Source: a bacterium (GTDB taxonomy: Bacteria > CLD3 > SB21). Taken from it: 64,000 nt of DNA. Where the stretch lies: NCBI GenBank assembly GCA_013360215.1, contig JABWCP010000004.1, forward strand, positions 1 through 64,000, in the 5' to 3' direction. Shown here piece by piece: positions 38,204-48,858 of the stretch (positions within the stretch are counted from its first letter, which is position 1; every line of letters begins with the position of its first letter). The notes under the pieces are model-generated. The model saw only the letters and a program-made list of their open reading frames with translations, ran no database searches and was not told the origin of the DNA. The position numbers and the translations under genes were made by a program.

Positions 38204-41200
38204 ATGAAAAAAGTCGTGTTTTATTGGCTTGTTACCGTTTTGTGCTTGGCTTCATTTGCTACTGCGCAATACGACAGTTCATTATTCAGCGGCATGAAAG
38301 CCCGGAGTATCGGCCCTGCCGGCATGAGCGGGCGTATCGCTTCGATTGACGCCGTCAAATGCGATCCAAACATCATCTATGTCGGAGCCGCTACCGGCGG
38401 TGTCTGGAAATCCATTAACGGCGGCATTACGTGGAACTCTATTTTCGACGATCAATCCACCGGCTCCATTGGTTCGGTTGCGATTTTCCAAAAAAACCCC
38501 AATATCGTTTGGGTCGGTACCGGCGAATCCAATGTGCGCAATTCCGTAGGCGTCGGTCGCGGTATTTTCAAATCCATAGATGCCGGCAAAACATGGCAAT
38601 TCTTCGGTCTTGAAAAAGCCGAAAAAATTGCACGCGTTATTCTACATCCTGAAAACGCCGATATCGCGTGGGTAGCCGCCATGGGAACCACCTGGGGCGA
38701 AAACAAAGAACGTGGCGTTTATAAAACAACCGACGGCGGTAAAACATGGAAACAAGTACTCTATGTGGACGAAAAAACCGGCGCCGCGGAACTGGTGATG
38801 GATCCCTCCAATCCCAATAAACTTTTGTGCGGTATGTGGGAACATCGCCGCTACCCATGGTATTTCAAATCGGGCGGTACAAGCAGCGGTTTGCATATAT
38901 CTACAGATGGCGGTGACACATGGAAAAAACAAACCACCAAAGACGGTTTGCCTGAGGGCGAACTGGGTCGCATCGCATTATCTTTTTCGCGCAACAAAAC
39001 GTCCATCGTGTACGCGCTTGTCGAAGCCTCCGAAAGCGTATTGCTCCGTTCCGATGATGGCGGCGACAAATGGCGAACCGTCAACAAAGAAAAAAATGTT
39101 CACCCCCGCCCGTTCTATTTCAGCACTATAGATGTTAACCCCGTCAACGAAAACATCGTTTACAGAACTCATACTACATTTGATGTGAGCGAAGACGGCG
39201 GCAAAAATTTTTCTCTTCTGACACCGTACCAAAACATTCACCCCGATTTTCATGCCTTGTGGATGCATCCCAATGGCGAAATGATGATCGCCGGAAATGA
39301 CGGCGGTTTGGCCTTCACTTACGACCGCGGTAAAACATGGCGCTTTGTTCAAAACCTGCCCGTCGGCCAGTTTTATCATATCAGCTATGACATGGAATAT
39401 CCCTATAATATCTACGGCGGATTGCAAGACAACGGCTCCTGGCGCGGTCCGAGTACCACATTCAAGCGGGATGCTATTTATAACGACGTCTGGGATATGG
39501 TTGCGTTCGGCGATGGATTTGATACGGAACCCGATCCCGAAAATGCCGATTTTGGATACGCGATGTCCCAAGGCGGCGCTTTGGTGTATTTCAATCACAA
39601 AACCGGTTTACAAAAATTCATTCGCCCGACGGAATCTGCCGTCAAACACCGGTATAACTGGAATGCCGGATTTGCACTGGACCCTTTTGATGCGAAAACC
39701 ATTTATTATGGAAGCCAGTTTTTACACAAGAGTACGGATAAAGGCGATACATGGGAAATCATAAGCCCTGATCTCACTACCAACGATACGACGAAAATCA
39801 ATCTTGGCAAAGAAACCGGCGGATTGACGCTCGATGTATCCGGCGCTGAAAATCATTGTACCATTCTCACCATCGCACCAAGTTCCGTCAAGCGCGGCGT
39901 GATCTGGGTCGGAACCGACGACGGTAATGTCCAAGTCACACAAGACGGCGGTAAAACATGGACACTGGTTTCAAAAAACAAATCCATCGCAGCACCCGCA
40001 GGAACATGGGTGCCTCATATTGAAGCGTCCAAATTTGATGCCGGCACGGCGTACGTCGTGTTTGACGATCATCGCCGGTCTAATTGGTCAACCTACGTCT
40101 ATGGTACACGCGATTTCGGAAAAACATGGACTAATCTAGCGACCAAAGAAATTGACGGATTCGTTCACTGCTTCGAAGAAGATCCGGTAAACAAAGACCT
40201 TCTGTGGCTTGGCACCGAGTACGGACTTTACGTTTCTTTTAACAGCGGCAAAAACTGGATGAAGTGGCGCGCCGGTGTACCCACCGTGCCGGTCTATGAT
40301 CTTGCAACTCATCCGCGCGAACATGATCTCATCATCGGTACGCACGGACGCGGTATCTATCTTCTCGATGATATTACACCGCTACGAAAGTTTGCTGAAA
40401 ACTCCAAAAAGAACGCGCATCTGTACGAAGTCAATCCCGGCTATCAGTATAATTATTCGTTTTGGTCCGGGTCCAACGCTACCGGCCCGGGCAACGCCGC
40501 CTTCAAAGGTGAACAACGCCCGTACGGTTCCATCATTACGTATTTTGTGAATACATCCGATAGCATCAAGGCTTTAGAAGACACCCCCAAAGAACCGAAG
40601 ATGAAAATCGAAATATTGGATAAAGATTCGGTTATACGTGTGATCAAAGGCGGCATGAAGCGCGGTATGAATCGTGTAGCTTGGGATTTGTCCCGCGGCG
40701 CTTTCAAAGGCATATCCTCCGTCGATAGTACCGATCTTGAAGCTTCCGGCATCTATGTATTGCCCGGTATGTATACCGTGCGCATGCGGTATAACGGTCA
40801 GGAATATAAACAATCCGTCGAAGTTAAGAACGATCCGCGATTTGTTATTTCCACCGATGGCCGCAAAGCCATGCAAACATGGGCCGAAAAGGCTGGTGAA
40901 CTTCAAACCGCGGCCGCAACCGTTTATCAACAAATCACCGAATCCAAAAAATCCATAACCGCGATGCTGGCCGTCACAGGCAATCTGGATTCTGCCAAAT
41001 CCAATCCGATCAAACGTCTCGCGGAGTCCGCACAGAAAAAAATGTCCGGCATTCAGGATAAAATTCAGTCGGAGCTGTCCAAACAAGGATTCAATGACAA
41101 CTCGGATGAGTTATTACAACAGATCGGTGAACTGCAGTTTTATATCACGTCACACTACGAAGCCCCGACGCAACAGGCCAAAGTGAAATACGAACGCCTG

Positions 41201-41335
41201 CGGAAAATGCTCGAAGGATTGATCGAAGATCATAAAAAAATTCAGAATACCGATATCCCCGAATTGCAAAAATTGATCTCCAATGCCGGTGTGAATTATT
41301 TCAAACAACCGCAGGAAATAAAACTCAACAAATAA
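38204..41335 (+). CDS. Exported BNR/Asp-box repeat (VPS10/sortilin-like, glycosyl-hydrolase-like) protein
   Basis: ARSIGPAGMSGRI and many S.DGG.TW repeats; signal peptide from MKKVV with GGAG RBS. Confidence 0.9.
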   Translation: MKKVVFYWLVTVLCLASFATAQYDSSLFSGMKARSIGPAGMSGRIASIDAVKCDPNIIYVGAATGGVWKSINGGITWNSIFDDQSTGSIGSVAIFQKNPNIVWVGTGESNVRNSVGVGRGIFKSIDAGKTWQFFGLEKAEKIARVILHPENADIAWVAAMGTTWGENKERGVYKTTDGGKTWKQVLYVDEKTGAAELVMDPSNPNKLLCGMWEHRRYPWYFKSGGTSSGLHISTDGGDTWKKQTTKDGLPEGELGRIALSFSRNKTSIVYALVEASESVLLRSDDGGDKWRTVNKEKNVHPRPFYFSTIDVNPVNENIVYRTHTTFDVSEDGGKNFSLLTPYQNIHPDFHALWMHPNGEMMIAGNDGGLAFTYDRGKTWRFVQNLPVGQFYHISYDMEYPYNIYGGLQDNGSWRGPSTTFKRDAIYNDVWDMVAFGDGFDTEPDPENADFGYAMSQGGALVYFNHKTGLQKFIRPTESAVKHRYNWNAGFALDPFDAKTIYYGSQFLHKSTDKGDTWEIISPDLTTNDTTKINLGKETGGLTLDVSGAENHCTILTIAPSSVKRGVIWVGTDDGNVQVTQDGGKTWTLVSKNKSIAAPAGTWVPHIEASKFDAGTAYVVFDDHRRSNWSTYVYGTRDFGKTWTNLATKEIDGFVHCFEEDPVNKDLLWLGTEYGLYVSFNSGKNWMKWRAGVPTVPVYDLATHPREHDLIIGTHGRGIYLLDDITPLRKFAENSKKNAHLYEVNPGYQYNYSFWSGSNATGPGNAAFKGEQRPYGSIITYFVNTSDSIKALEDTPKEPKMKIEILDKDSVIRVIKGGMKRGMNRVAWDLSRGAFKGISSVDSTDLEASGIYVLPGMYTVRMRYNGQEYKQSVEVKNDPRFVISTDGRKAMQTWAEKAGELQTAAATVYQQITESKKSITAMLAVTGNLDSAKSNPIKRLAESAQKKMSGIQDKIQSELSKQGFNDNSDELLQQIGELQFYITSHYEAPTQQAKVKYERLRKMLEGLIEDHKKIQNTDIPELQKLISNAGVNYFKQPQEIKLNK

Positions 41336-41353
41336 GATTTGATCTGTATGTAA

Positions 41354-41397
41354 AAAAGGGAAGGTTTGTGCCGCTAAGGACTCAAACCTTCCCTTTT
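41354..41397. terminator. Bidirectional-looking terminator
   Basis: aaaagggaaggtttg...caaaccttccctttt. Confidence 0.75.
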
Positions 41398-41436
41398 CTG
41401 TTTTAGAATAGTTTTTTTTTGTGTATTATAGCGGTC

Positions 41437-42564
41437 ATGAAAACAAAAGCGGCCTCAACAAAAAAAATAACCGTTCCCCTCGGCCAACGAAGCTATCCCA
41501 TTACCATTTCCGATAAAATCAGTACGTCCTTCGTACCACAAAAAAAATCCGTAGAAAAAACCATCGTCATCACCAATGAAACACTCGCTTTTTTGTATCA
41601 AAAAAAATTGAGTCGTGTTTTTTCGGTCCGCTGGATAGTTATACCGGACGGTGAATCCCATAAAACATTTTCTACACTCGAACACATTGTCACGCAGTTG
41701 ATTGATTTTCGAGCGGATCGCCAAACGCAGATTTTAGCTTTCGGAGGCGGTGTTATCGGCGATATCGCCGGATTGGCCGCCGCTACTTTTATGCGCGGCA
41801 TTCCTTACGTACAAGTGCCTACATCGTTATTGGCTATGGTTGACAGCGCCGTCGGCGGCAAAGTCGCCGTCAATCATCCGCTGGGTAAAAACATGATCGG
41901 TGCATTTTACCAGCCCCGATCGGTTCACATCGCTACGGATTTTCTTAAAACACTTCCCGATCGTGAAATGCGTTGCGGCTTGGCTGAAATCATAAAGTAC
42001 GGCATCGCGTTAGACGCTAAGTTTTTCGATTGGCTGGAAAATAATCAGGATTTGGTGCTGACACGCCAACCGGAAGCCGTTTCTTTTTGCATCCATCGCG
42101 CGTGCAGCATAAAAGCCGCCGTGGTGGCTTCCGACGAAAAAGACACCGGCCGACGAATGATTCTCAACTTCGGTCATACCTTTGCTCATGCGATCGAGCG
42201 TGTGTCCGGGTATGAACCGATCAAACACGGCGAAGCGGTTTTTTTGGGTATGGTGGCCGCATTGTGTATTTCGCTGCGATTAAAAAAATTATCCGGTGCG
42301 AATTTTGATCGTATGATGGGCGTCCTCTTACCGCACGTTGATGATATCTTCTCGCGTTCGGAAGTAAAAAAATCATGGTTGGCTCTGGATAAAAAAGACG
42401 TTCTAAACGCTTTATATCACGATAAAAAAGTTTCCCAAAACCAAATTCAGTGGATCATGAGCACCGCTGTAGGAAAAACTGAAATCGTATCCGGGATTCA
42501 TAAAAAACATACCGAAGAAGCATTCGATTTTTTAAACTACATCATTCATGAAACCCTTGCATAA
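41437..42564 (+). CDS. aroB: 3-dehydroquinate synthase
   Basis: FGGGVIGDIAG, VPTSLLAMVDSAVGGK, GKNMIGAFYQP, LNFGHTFAHAIE. Confidence 0.96.
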   Translation: MKTKAASTKKITVPLGQRSYPITISDKISTSFVPQKKSVEKTIVITNETLAFLYQKKLSRVFSVRWIVIPDGESHKTFSTLEHIVTQLIDFRADRQTQILAFGGGVIGDIAGLAAATFMRGIPYVQVPTSLLAMVDSAVGGKVAVNHPLGKNMIGAFYQPRSVHIATDFLKTLPDREMRCGLAEIIKYGIALDAKFFDWLENNQDLVLTRQPEAVSFCIHRACSIKAAVVASDEKDTGRRMILNFGHTFAHAIERVSGYEPIKHGEAVFLGMVAALCISLRLKKLSGANFDRMMGVLLPHVDDIFSRSEVKKSWLALDKKDVLNALYHDKKVSQNQIQWIMSTAVGKTEIVSGIHKKHTEEAFDFLNYIIHETLA

Positions 42565-43186
42565 AATACCGCTGTTTCCGCTCGGCGTCGTTCTTTTTCC
42601 GGGTATGCCGTTGCCGCTACACATTTTTGAAGAGCGTTACAAAGCGATGATCGCCGAATGTTTGGAACAGCAATCGGTTTTCGGTGTGGTGTACTACACC
42701 GGAGAAAATTTTTATAAGATCGGTTGCACCGCCCGTATCCGCGACGTACTCAAACGTTTTGACGACGGACGCATGAATATCGTCACCGAAGGGTGCGACC
42801 GGTTTTCGATCCATCGCGTGACCAACGATAAACCTTACCTGCAAGGCGAAGTGGAGTACATTGACGACATCTCGGATAATATCGTCGAAGAAACCGAATT
42901 GTCACGGGCGGCGGCGCAAACATTTAAAGACGCTGTAAAATTGATCAATAAAGAAGATGTACCCGACCTCAATCTGCTGGATGCCAAACGTATCTCTTAT
43001 ATCATCGCCTCCAGCGCAGGATTTAGTTTAAACGAGCGCCAGGCTTTTTTGGAAATGAATTCTACCGCCGAGCGCCTTCGCAAAGCCACGTCCGCCTTGC
43101 GCCGGTTGATGGAGCGTCACAAAATGACCAGCGACATCGAAAGCATCATTTCCGGCAACGGTTATTTGCATAATTCTAAATTATAA
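42548..43186 (+). CDS. LON peptidase substrate-binding (N-terminal) domain protein
   Basis: IPLFPLGVVLFPGMPLPLHIFEERY. Confidence 0.9.
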   Translation: MKPLHKIPLFPLGVVLFPGMPLPLHIFEERYKAMIAECLEQQSVFGVVYYTGENFYKIGCTARIRDVLKRFDDGRMNIVTEGCDRFSIHRVTNDKPYLQGEVEYIDDISDNIVEETELSRAAAQTFKDAVKLINKEDVPDLNLLDAKRISYIIASSAGFSLNERQAFLEMNSTAERLRKATSALRRLMERHKMTSDIESIISGNGYLHNSKL

Positions 43187-43203
43187 TACGTCCGGAGTCA
43201 CCC

Positions 43204-44811
43204 GTGTCCGATCTTCACAATAACGGAAAAAAAATATTTCGCTCGCAGCAGGCCGGCATCGCGGCGCTTTTTGTAACCATAGCTACGCTCCTGAGCACGG
43301 TCCTCGGTCTTGTACGCGATAAAGTGATGGCGCATTATTTCGGCGCAAGTTTGGACACCGATTTGTATAACTACGGCACGCGTATCCCGGATGCTTTGCA
43401 GACCATATTGATTATGGGCGTTACGTCGTCGTCATTCATACCGATGTTTAGCGAATTTCTTGCCCAGAGAGGTCATGAAGCCGCCAATCGTCTGGCCAGC
43501 AGTTTTCTCAATATTACTTTGACCGTATTTATCGGCATCTGTTTACTCATCGGTATCGGTATGCCGGTGATATGCGATGTATGGCTTTCGCCGGATCTGC
43601 CTCCGGATCAAAAAAGCACCATCGTTCATATTTCCCGTATCTTTCTTGCATCGCAGATCGCTTTTGCATTAAGCAAAATCCTGAGCGGTATTTTACAAAC
43701 CCACAAACATTTTACAGCGTACGGGTTGGCGCTTTTGGTTTACAATCCGGCCATCATTTTGGGTATGGTTCTTTTTCACGATACGATGGGTATTGATTCG
43801 GCGGCTTACGGTGCACTCCTCGGTTCGATATTTGTCGTTTTGGTGACGCTGCTGGATCTGCGCGGCACCGGATATCAATATAACTTTCAGTGGTTTTTCG
43901 ACAAAGAAGGGGTTCGTCGTATTTTTATTTTGGCTATACCCAATTTTCTAAACATGGCGCTGCTTCAGTTTGTCATACTGGCGTATTCTAAAATTTCAAT
44001 TCACATGCCGGATGGCAGTTTTAGTGCCTTTAATTACGCGCTCAATTTTGAAAGTTTTCCCGTAAGCGTTTTTGGAATTTCATTTGTTACGGCGATTTTT
44101 CCGTATTTGTCGGAAAACGCCAGTCAGCGCAATTTTCAAAATTTTAACTACAACATTCAAAATTCGCTCCGTCAGATATTATTTTTGACTTTGCCGTCGG
44201 GTATCGGCATGGCTATCCTAAGTTATCCCATCATCAGCCTGATATTGGGCGGCGGACGATTTGGTTCGGAAGCGATCGAGATGACCGCGTCCACATTATT
44301 TTTTTACGCATTAGTTGTTCCGCTGGAAAGTTTATGGTATCTTTTCGCACGTGCTTTTTATGCGATCAAAGATACGTGGAGTCCTTTTTGGTACCGGTTT
44401 ATCGGTACGGTGATCAATCTCGGCATTAGTTATTCGTTAGCCCAATCCATGGGACCGTCGGCCTTTTCACTGGGGCTACTCGCGGCGTTTCTTATTCAGA
44501 TTGTTCTTTTTACGTTTGGCCTCAAGCGGCGTGTTCCCGAAGTGGATATCCGAAGCGCGGCGGTTACCGGCGGCAAACTCCTCGCTTGCGCACTCGCACA
44601 GGGTGCGGTCGTCTGGATGCTCGTTCAGTGGTTACCGACGTTAAGTTTTATCCAGCAAAAAGCACAACGTATGCAAGACCTTATGGTGGTCGGTATCAGC
44701 ATTTTCGCCGGTATGATCATTTATTTTACCCTGACGGCTGTTTTTAAGTGCGCTGACTTTTCCGTATTGCAAAGGGTGCTCAATCGAATTATGAAAAAAG
44801 AGAGTGCATAG
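43204..44811 (+). CDS. murJ: Lipid II flippase MurJ (MviN)
   Basis: LSTVLGLVRD..MAHYFGA, RIPD, SFIPMF, RAFYAIKDT; about 14 TMs. Confidence 0.9.
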   Translation: MSDLHNNGKKIFRSQQAGIAALFVTIATLLSTVLGLVRDKVMAHYFGASLDTDLYNYGTRIPDALQTILIMGVTSSSFIPMFSEFLAQRGHEAANRLASSFLNITLTVFIGICLLIGIGMPVICDVWLSPDLPPDQKSTIVHISRIFLASQIAFALSKILSGILQTHKHFTAYGLALLVYNPAIILGMVLFHDTMGIDSAAYGALLGSIFVVLVTLLDLRGTGYQYNFQWFFDKEGVRRIFILAIPNFLNMALLQFVILAYSKISIHMPDGSFSAFNYALNFESFPVSVFGISFVTAIFPYLSENASQRNFQNFNYNIQNSLRQILFLTLPSGIGMAILSYPIISLILGGGRFGSEAIEMTASTLFFYALVVPLESLWYLFARAFYAIKDTWSPFWYRFIGTVINLGISYSLAQSMGPSAFSLGLLAAFLIQIVLFTFGLKRRVPEVDIRSAAVTGGKLLACALAQGAVVWMLVQWLPTLSFIQQKAQRMQDLMVVGISIFAGMIIYFTLTAVFKCADFSVLQRVLNRIMKKESA

Positions 44812-44814
44812 ATC

Positions 44815-46188
44815 ATGAGCCATGTTTTGATCGTTGACGACGAAAAAAATATTCGTCGAACCGTAGAGATGATTTTACAAGATACCTACACCGTCTCGAC
44901 GGCCGAAAGCGGGCGGGAGGCTTTTAATCTTCTAAAAGAACATACGATTGACCTCGTTTTTTTAGATCTATTAATGCCGGAGATGAATGGGATTGACGTG
45001 CTCAAAGAAATACGTACGATCAATCCGGATACGACGGTTGTCATGATGTCGGGTCACGGCACCATCGAAAACGCCGTGGAAGCCGTCAAACTCGGCGCAT
45101 ACGATTTTATCGAAAAACCGCTGACCAAAGAAAAACTCATCATCACAGCCAAAAATGCGCTCGAGCGCGTTTCGCTCAAAGAAGAAAACCGAATTCTGCG
45201 GCAGGAAGTAAATAAACGTTTTGAAATGGTCGGCGAAAGCCCGGGCATGAAAGAAATCAAAGCCACGATTTCCAAAATTTCCCCGACCAATGCCCGCGTA
45301 TTGATTTTAGGCGAAAGCGGCACCGGTAAAGAATTGGTCGCCCGCGCCATCCATGATAACAGTCCGCGCAAATCCAAACCGTTTATCAAAGTCAACTGCG
45401 CTGCGATCCCCGAAGAACTTATTGAAAGTGAATTATTTGGCGCGGTCAAAGGCGCTTTCACCGGCGCCGTAGCCGATCGCGACGGCAAGTTTGTTTTGGC
45501 TGACAAGGGTTCTATTTTTTTGGATGAAATCGGCGACATGAGCCTCAAAGTGCAGGCCAAAGTGCTTCGTGCACTGCAGGAGGGCGAATTTGAAAAAGTC
45601 GGCGGCACCAAAACGATCAAAGTAGATGTACGCGTTATCGCGGCAACCAATAAGGACCTGAAAGAAGAAGTCAAAAAAGGAACGTTCCGCGAAGATCTTT
45701 ATTTTCGTTTGAATGTCGTACCGATTTTGATGCCGCCTTTACGCCAAAGAAAAGCCGACGTCCCGTTTCTGATCCAACATTTTGTCAAACTTTGCGCCGC
45801 CGAAGGCGGACTTCCGGAAAAAACATTTTCGGATGAAGCGCTGCAAACATTATCGGATTACGGATGGCCGGGTAATATACGCGAACTGCGTAATGTCGTC
45901 GAACGCACACTGATCCTCAGCCTGACCGATATCGTGCAGCGGGAAGACCTCCCGCGTCAGATATTGGCCGCCGAAAGTACGACGGCCGTGGCGACCAACC
46001 TAAACTATGAAGACGGTAAAACGCTCAAAGACTTCAAAGAAGAAGCGGAAAAACAATACATCATACAAGTGTTGCAAAAAAATAACTGGAATGTATCGCG
46101 GGCGGCGGAGGAATTGGATGTAGAACGAACGAATCTACACAAAAAGCTGAAGCAGTATAATATCGAAATGGATAAATCGGCGAATTGA
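44815..46188 (+). CDS. Sigma-54-dependent response regulator (NtrC/NtrX family)
   Basis: REC domain, GESGTGKELVA, ESELFG..KGAFTGA, WPGNIREL, Fis-type HTH. Confidence 0.95.
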   Translation: MSHVLIVDDEKNIRRTVEMILQDTYTVSTAESGREAFNLLKEHTIDLVFLDLLMPEMNGIDVLKEIRTINPDTTVVMMSGHGTIENAVEAVKLGAYDFIEKPLTKEKLIITAKNALERVSLKEENRILRQEVNKRFEMVGESPGMKEIKATISKISPTNARVLILGESGTGKELVARAIHDNSPRKSKPFIKVNCAAIPEELIESELFGAVKGAFTGAVADRDGKFVLADKGSIFLDEIGDMSLKVQAKVLRALQEGEFEKVGGTKTIKVDVRVIAATNKDLKEEVKKGTFREDLYFRLNVVPILMPPLRQRKADVPFLIQHFVKLCAAEGGLPEKTFSDEALQTLSDYGWPGNIRELRNVVERTLILSLTDIVQREDLPRQILAAESTTAVATNLNYEDGKTLKDFKEEAEKQYIIQVLQKNNWNVSRAAEELDVERTNLHKKLKQYNIEMDKSAN

Positions 46189-46364
46189 TGGTGTTTTTCG
46201 TTATTTATAATAACGGTGCATCACAAAAAGCGTCGCACAAAAAAAGAAAAACACGGACACCAATAGTACCATAAGCAGCAAGTCTTGATTAGCAGAAGTC
46301 ATATAACGCGATCCTTTGTGAGGGTAAATTACTTATACAAATATTCTAACCAAGCGGTCACACT

Positions 46365-47621
46365 ATGAAAAAAATGTTTTTATTGATTACCGGGAGCATG
46401 CTCCTCTGGGCGGGCTGTACCTCCGCACCCCGTATGCGTTCGATACCGGAAGACGCTGTAATACCTGAAGTTAAAGTACTTATTGCCCGCTCCTCCCAAT
46501 CCGTGAATATCTCTTCCAAAGAAGCTTTTGCCGTCAAAACGGATGACAATCAGGATGTCGGATTTATTTCAGCTGGTCAGAATGTGGAACTGCGTTTCAA
46601 CGAAAACCGCGTGGAAATCTATGATGCGACCGGCAAATCGTTGGGTGCGTACGGTAATCTGATTTTTACGACCAAGTCGTCCTCGCAGCGCTACATCATC
46701 AATAACAAACAATACCGCGGCAGTTTATGGGTAACGACGCAAGAGGGTAAAATATTGGTCATCAACCGCCTCGATATGGAATCGTACCTGATGGGTGTCG
46801 TGCGCAATGAAATCGGAAATCTCGGAATGGATCAAATCGAAGCTTCCAAGGCGCAAGCCGTCGCGGCCAGAACCTATGCGATCAAAAATAAAGGCAAATA
46901 CAAAATTTTTGATTTCCAGAGCGACATCAATGATCAGGTATATGACGGCGCAGGTACGGAAACCGAGGTAAGCAATCAGGCGGTGATCGAAACTCTCGGC
47001 GAAGTAGCGGAATATGACAGCAAGCCGATAGACGCCGTATTTTATTCGACAGCCGGAGGCGTCACTACGCGTTCGCACTGGGTATGGAGAAGCTCCGATC
47101 CGAAACCATATCTCAACAGCATCAGCACCAAAATCGGAGATAAAGCGCTGGACGAAGCTTCGCCGCATTATCGGTGGGAAGTGAAGTGGACCGGTGAAGA
47201 GATCGAAAAAATCATCAAAACCAATCTGCCCACGGTTTTAGCGGTCGTCTATCCCAATGAAGATTTTAGCAAATTAGCCACACAACGGCTTTACAATCTT
47301 GCCGTCGTTTCGCGCGACTCGTCACAGCGCGTGCAGGAATTCAAAATCGGCTTCACCAAAGACAGCTATACCGTCACGGGCGAGCAGGCACGTCGCATCA
47401 TGCGCGGTGAAAAATACATGTTATACAGTTCGCTTTTCAGACTCGATGTGATGCGCCATGCCGACGGCACCATCCAGACGGTCAACTGCAAAGGCGCCGG
47501 ATTTGGTCACGGTGTCGGTATGTGCCAATACAGTGCACGCGAAATGGCCAAAACCGGTTATTCGTACAAACAGATTCTCAAATTCTTTTATCGCGGCACC
47601 GATATTCGCAAGATGTATTGA
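46365..47621 (+). CDS. SpoIID/LytB-domain lipoprotein (lytic transglycosylase)
   Basis: Lipobox WAGC; ESYLMGVVRNE, KAQAVAARTYA, GFGHGVGMCQ. Confidence 0.92.
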   Translation: MKKMFLLITGSMLLWAGCTSAPRMRSIPEDAVIPEVKVLIARSSQSVNISSKEAFAVKTDDNQDVGFISAGQNVELRFNENRVEIYDATGKSLGAYGNLIFTTKSSSQRYIINNKQYRGSLWVTTQEGKILVINRLDMESYLMGVVRNEIGNLGMDQIEASKAQAVAARTYAIKNKGKYKIFDFQSDINDQVYDGAGTETEVSNQAVIETLGEVAEYDSKPIDAVFYSTAGGVTTRSHWVWRSSDPKPYLNSISTKIGDKALDEASPHYRWEVKWTGEEIEKIIKTNLPTVLAVVYPNEDFSKLATQRLYNLAVVSRDSSQRVQEFKIGFTKDSYTVTGEQARRIMRGEKYMLYSSLFRLDVMRHADGTIQTVNCKGAGFGHGVGMCQYSAREMAKTGYSYKQILKFFYRGTDIRKMY

Positions 47622-47679
47622 GATGCTGTATCGCCTTAGCTCGGCGTGTATAGACGATTTTACAAACTTCCTGAACATG

Positions 47680-47713
47680 AATCCCGCCTTATTTCGGCGG
47701 GATTTACTTTTTT
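47680..47713 (+). terminator. Rho-independent terminator
   Basis: aatcccgcc/ggcgggatt stem followed by a T-run. Confidence 0.75.
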
Positions 47714-47759
47714 CAATCAATCACAAACTTGATTTAGGATATCTTCTCTCCGTGGAGGA

Positions 47760-48420
47760 TCTGAAAAACGTCCCGCCTTCGGGCGGGACACACAACTTTG
47801 GTTTCCGCTTCCGTCTTCCGATTTCCCTACCCGCCGCCGATACATCTCGCACATACGTATGTAAGCGCGGGCGCGCGTCACGTCCTGAGCCTGTCGAAGG
47901 GCGGGATCAGTGCGCACGCGCGACATCTTGAAAGGATAGCTCTACTAAACCATAATCCACGATGTCGACTAAGAAAAAGCTACACGACGTGGCTCCGCCA
48001 AAGGCGGTGACATGTCAGCGTCCAGTAAGGTCAAGCAAAACTCTAATATGGCAGAATCAACGGTGCTGAAGGCATGAGCCTGCCCCGCGCACCAGACGCG
48101 GGGTATAGCGGAACTTAGGCGATTGGTCGGGATTCAGACTTGCCCTCGCAAAAGCGGCCTCGAGCGGTGGACGCCGGTTTTTATCTCCTCACTTGGGATC
48201 AACGCACAAAACACGAATGAATCACCAAACTGGATTATTTACTCTTAGCGAGCACGGCAGAACGTAGGGCTGAGAGAGTGCGAGCGGTCTGAGGCGGACA
48301 GAGCAAGCGACGAGGCAAGGGACGAGGAGTGAAGCCAGCGTGGGACGCATTACAACACAACTCCCCGCCGGCGGGTTCCCTTGCGAGCGGTAGCGAGCAG
48401 CTTGTCTGCGCAGACATTAA
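47760..48420. other. GC-rich, hairpin-dense non-coding tract flanking the Rhs cassette
   Basis: Multiple stems and palindromes (47770-47789, 47851-47862, 47881-47902, 47995-48017, 48083-48103, 48364-48375, 48403-48416); no credible ORF. Confidence 0.55.
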
Positions 48421-48454
48421 AAAAATCCCGCACTCGCACGAAGGGCGGCGCGGG
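48419..48454 (-). terminator. Terminator of the Rhs toxin-immunity transcript
   Basis: Imperfect cccgcgccgc...gcgagtgcggg stem plus T7 on the minus strand. Confidence 0.6.
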
Positions 48455-48485
48455 CTCGAATAGAATTCTTATCTAAAATTCTACG

Positions 48486-48848
48486 TTACTGGGTTTCGTA
48501 CCTGTATAAATCGTGCAGGAATTCTGTGTTATCATCATTCAACAATTCTCGCTGATAATCTGTCACAAAATAGAGCTCCAATGTGCCCTTCTCTTCTGTG
48601 TCCTCTATTGCAGCAACGCCATCAAGTACACAAAAAAAATCAAAAATACTACCATCTATGGCAAATTCAACAATCCGCCTAAGCATCTGTTTATCCGAAT
48701 CCCCTAGCTTATTGTACCATCTAGATATTTCGATGAGATTTTGCGCTGGCTTGATTCCTGGTGGATTCTGTAAGACATCAAATGTCCCATTGATTGATGA
48801 ATCGCGCACAACAGTTTTAATGTTCTTAACAAAGTCTTCCTTAGTCAT
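48486..48848 (-). CDS. Putative immunity protein for the Rhs toxin
   Basis: Small acidic ORF (MTKEDFVK...) starting 10 nt after the toxin stop, with an AGGAG RBS. Confidence 0.8.
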   Translation of the reverse strand: MTKEDFVKNIKTVVRDSSINGTFDVLQNPPGIKPAQNLIEISRWYNKLGDSDKQMLRRIVEFAIDGSIFDFFCVLDGVAAIEDTEEKGTLELYFVTDYQRELLNDDNTEFLHDLYRYETQ

Positions 48849-48858
48849 TGCTTCACTC

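Noticed and set aside
47845-47870. dif/Xer site at acatacgtatgt
   Set aside because: It lacks the 11-6-11 layout and the TTATGTTAAAT XerD arm.
47760-48420. Group II intron, RNase P, tmRNA or cobalamin riboswitch
   Set aside because: A GTGCG is present at 47910, but there is no domain V/VI, no GAGGAAAGTCC, no tRNA-like ends and no B12-box on either strand.
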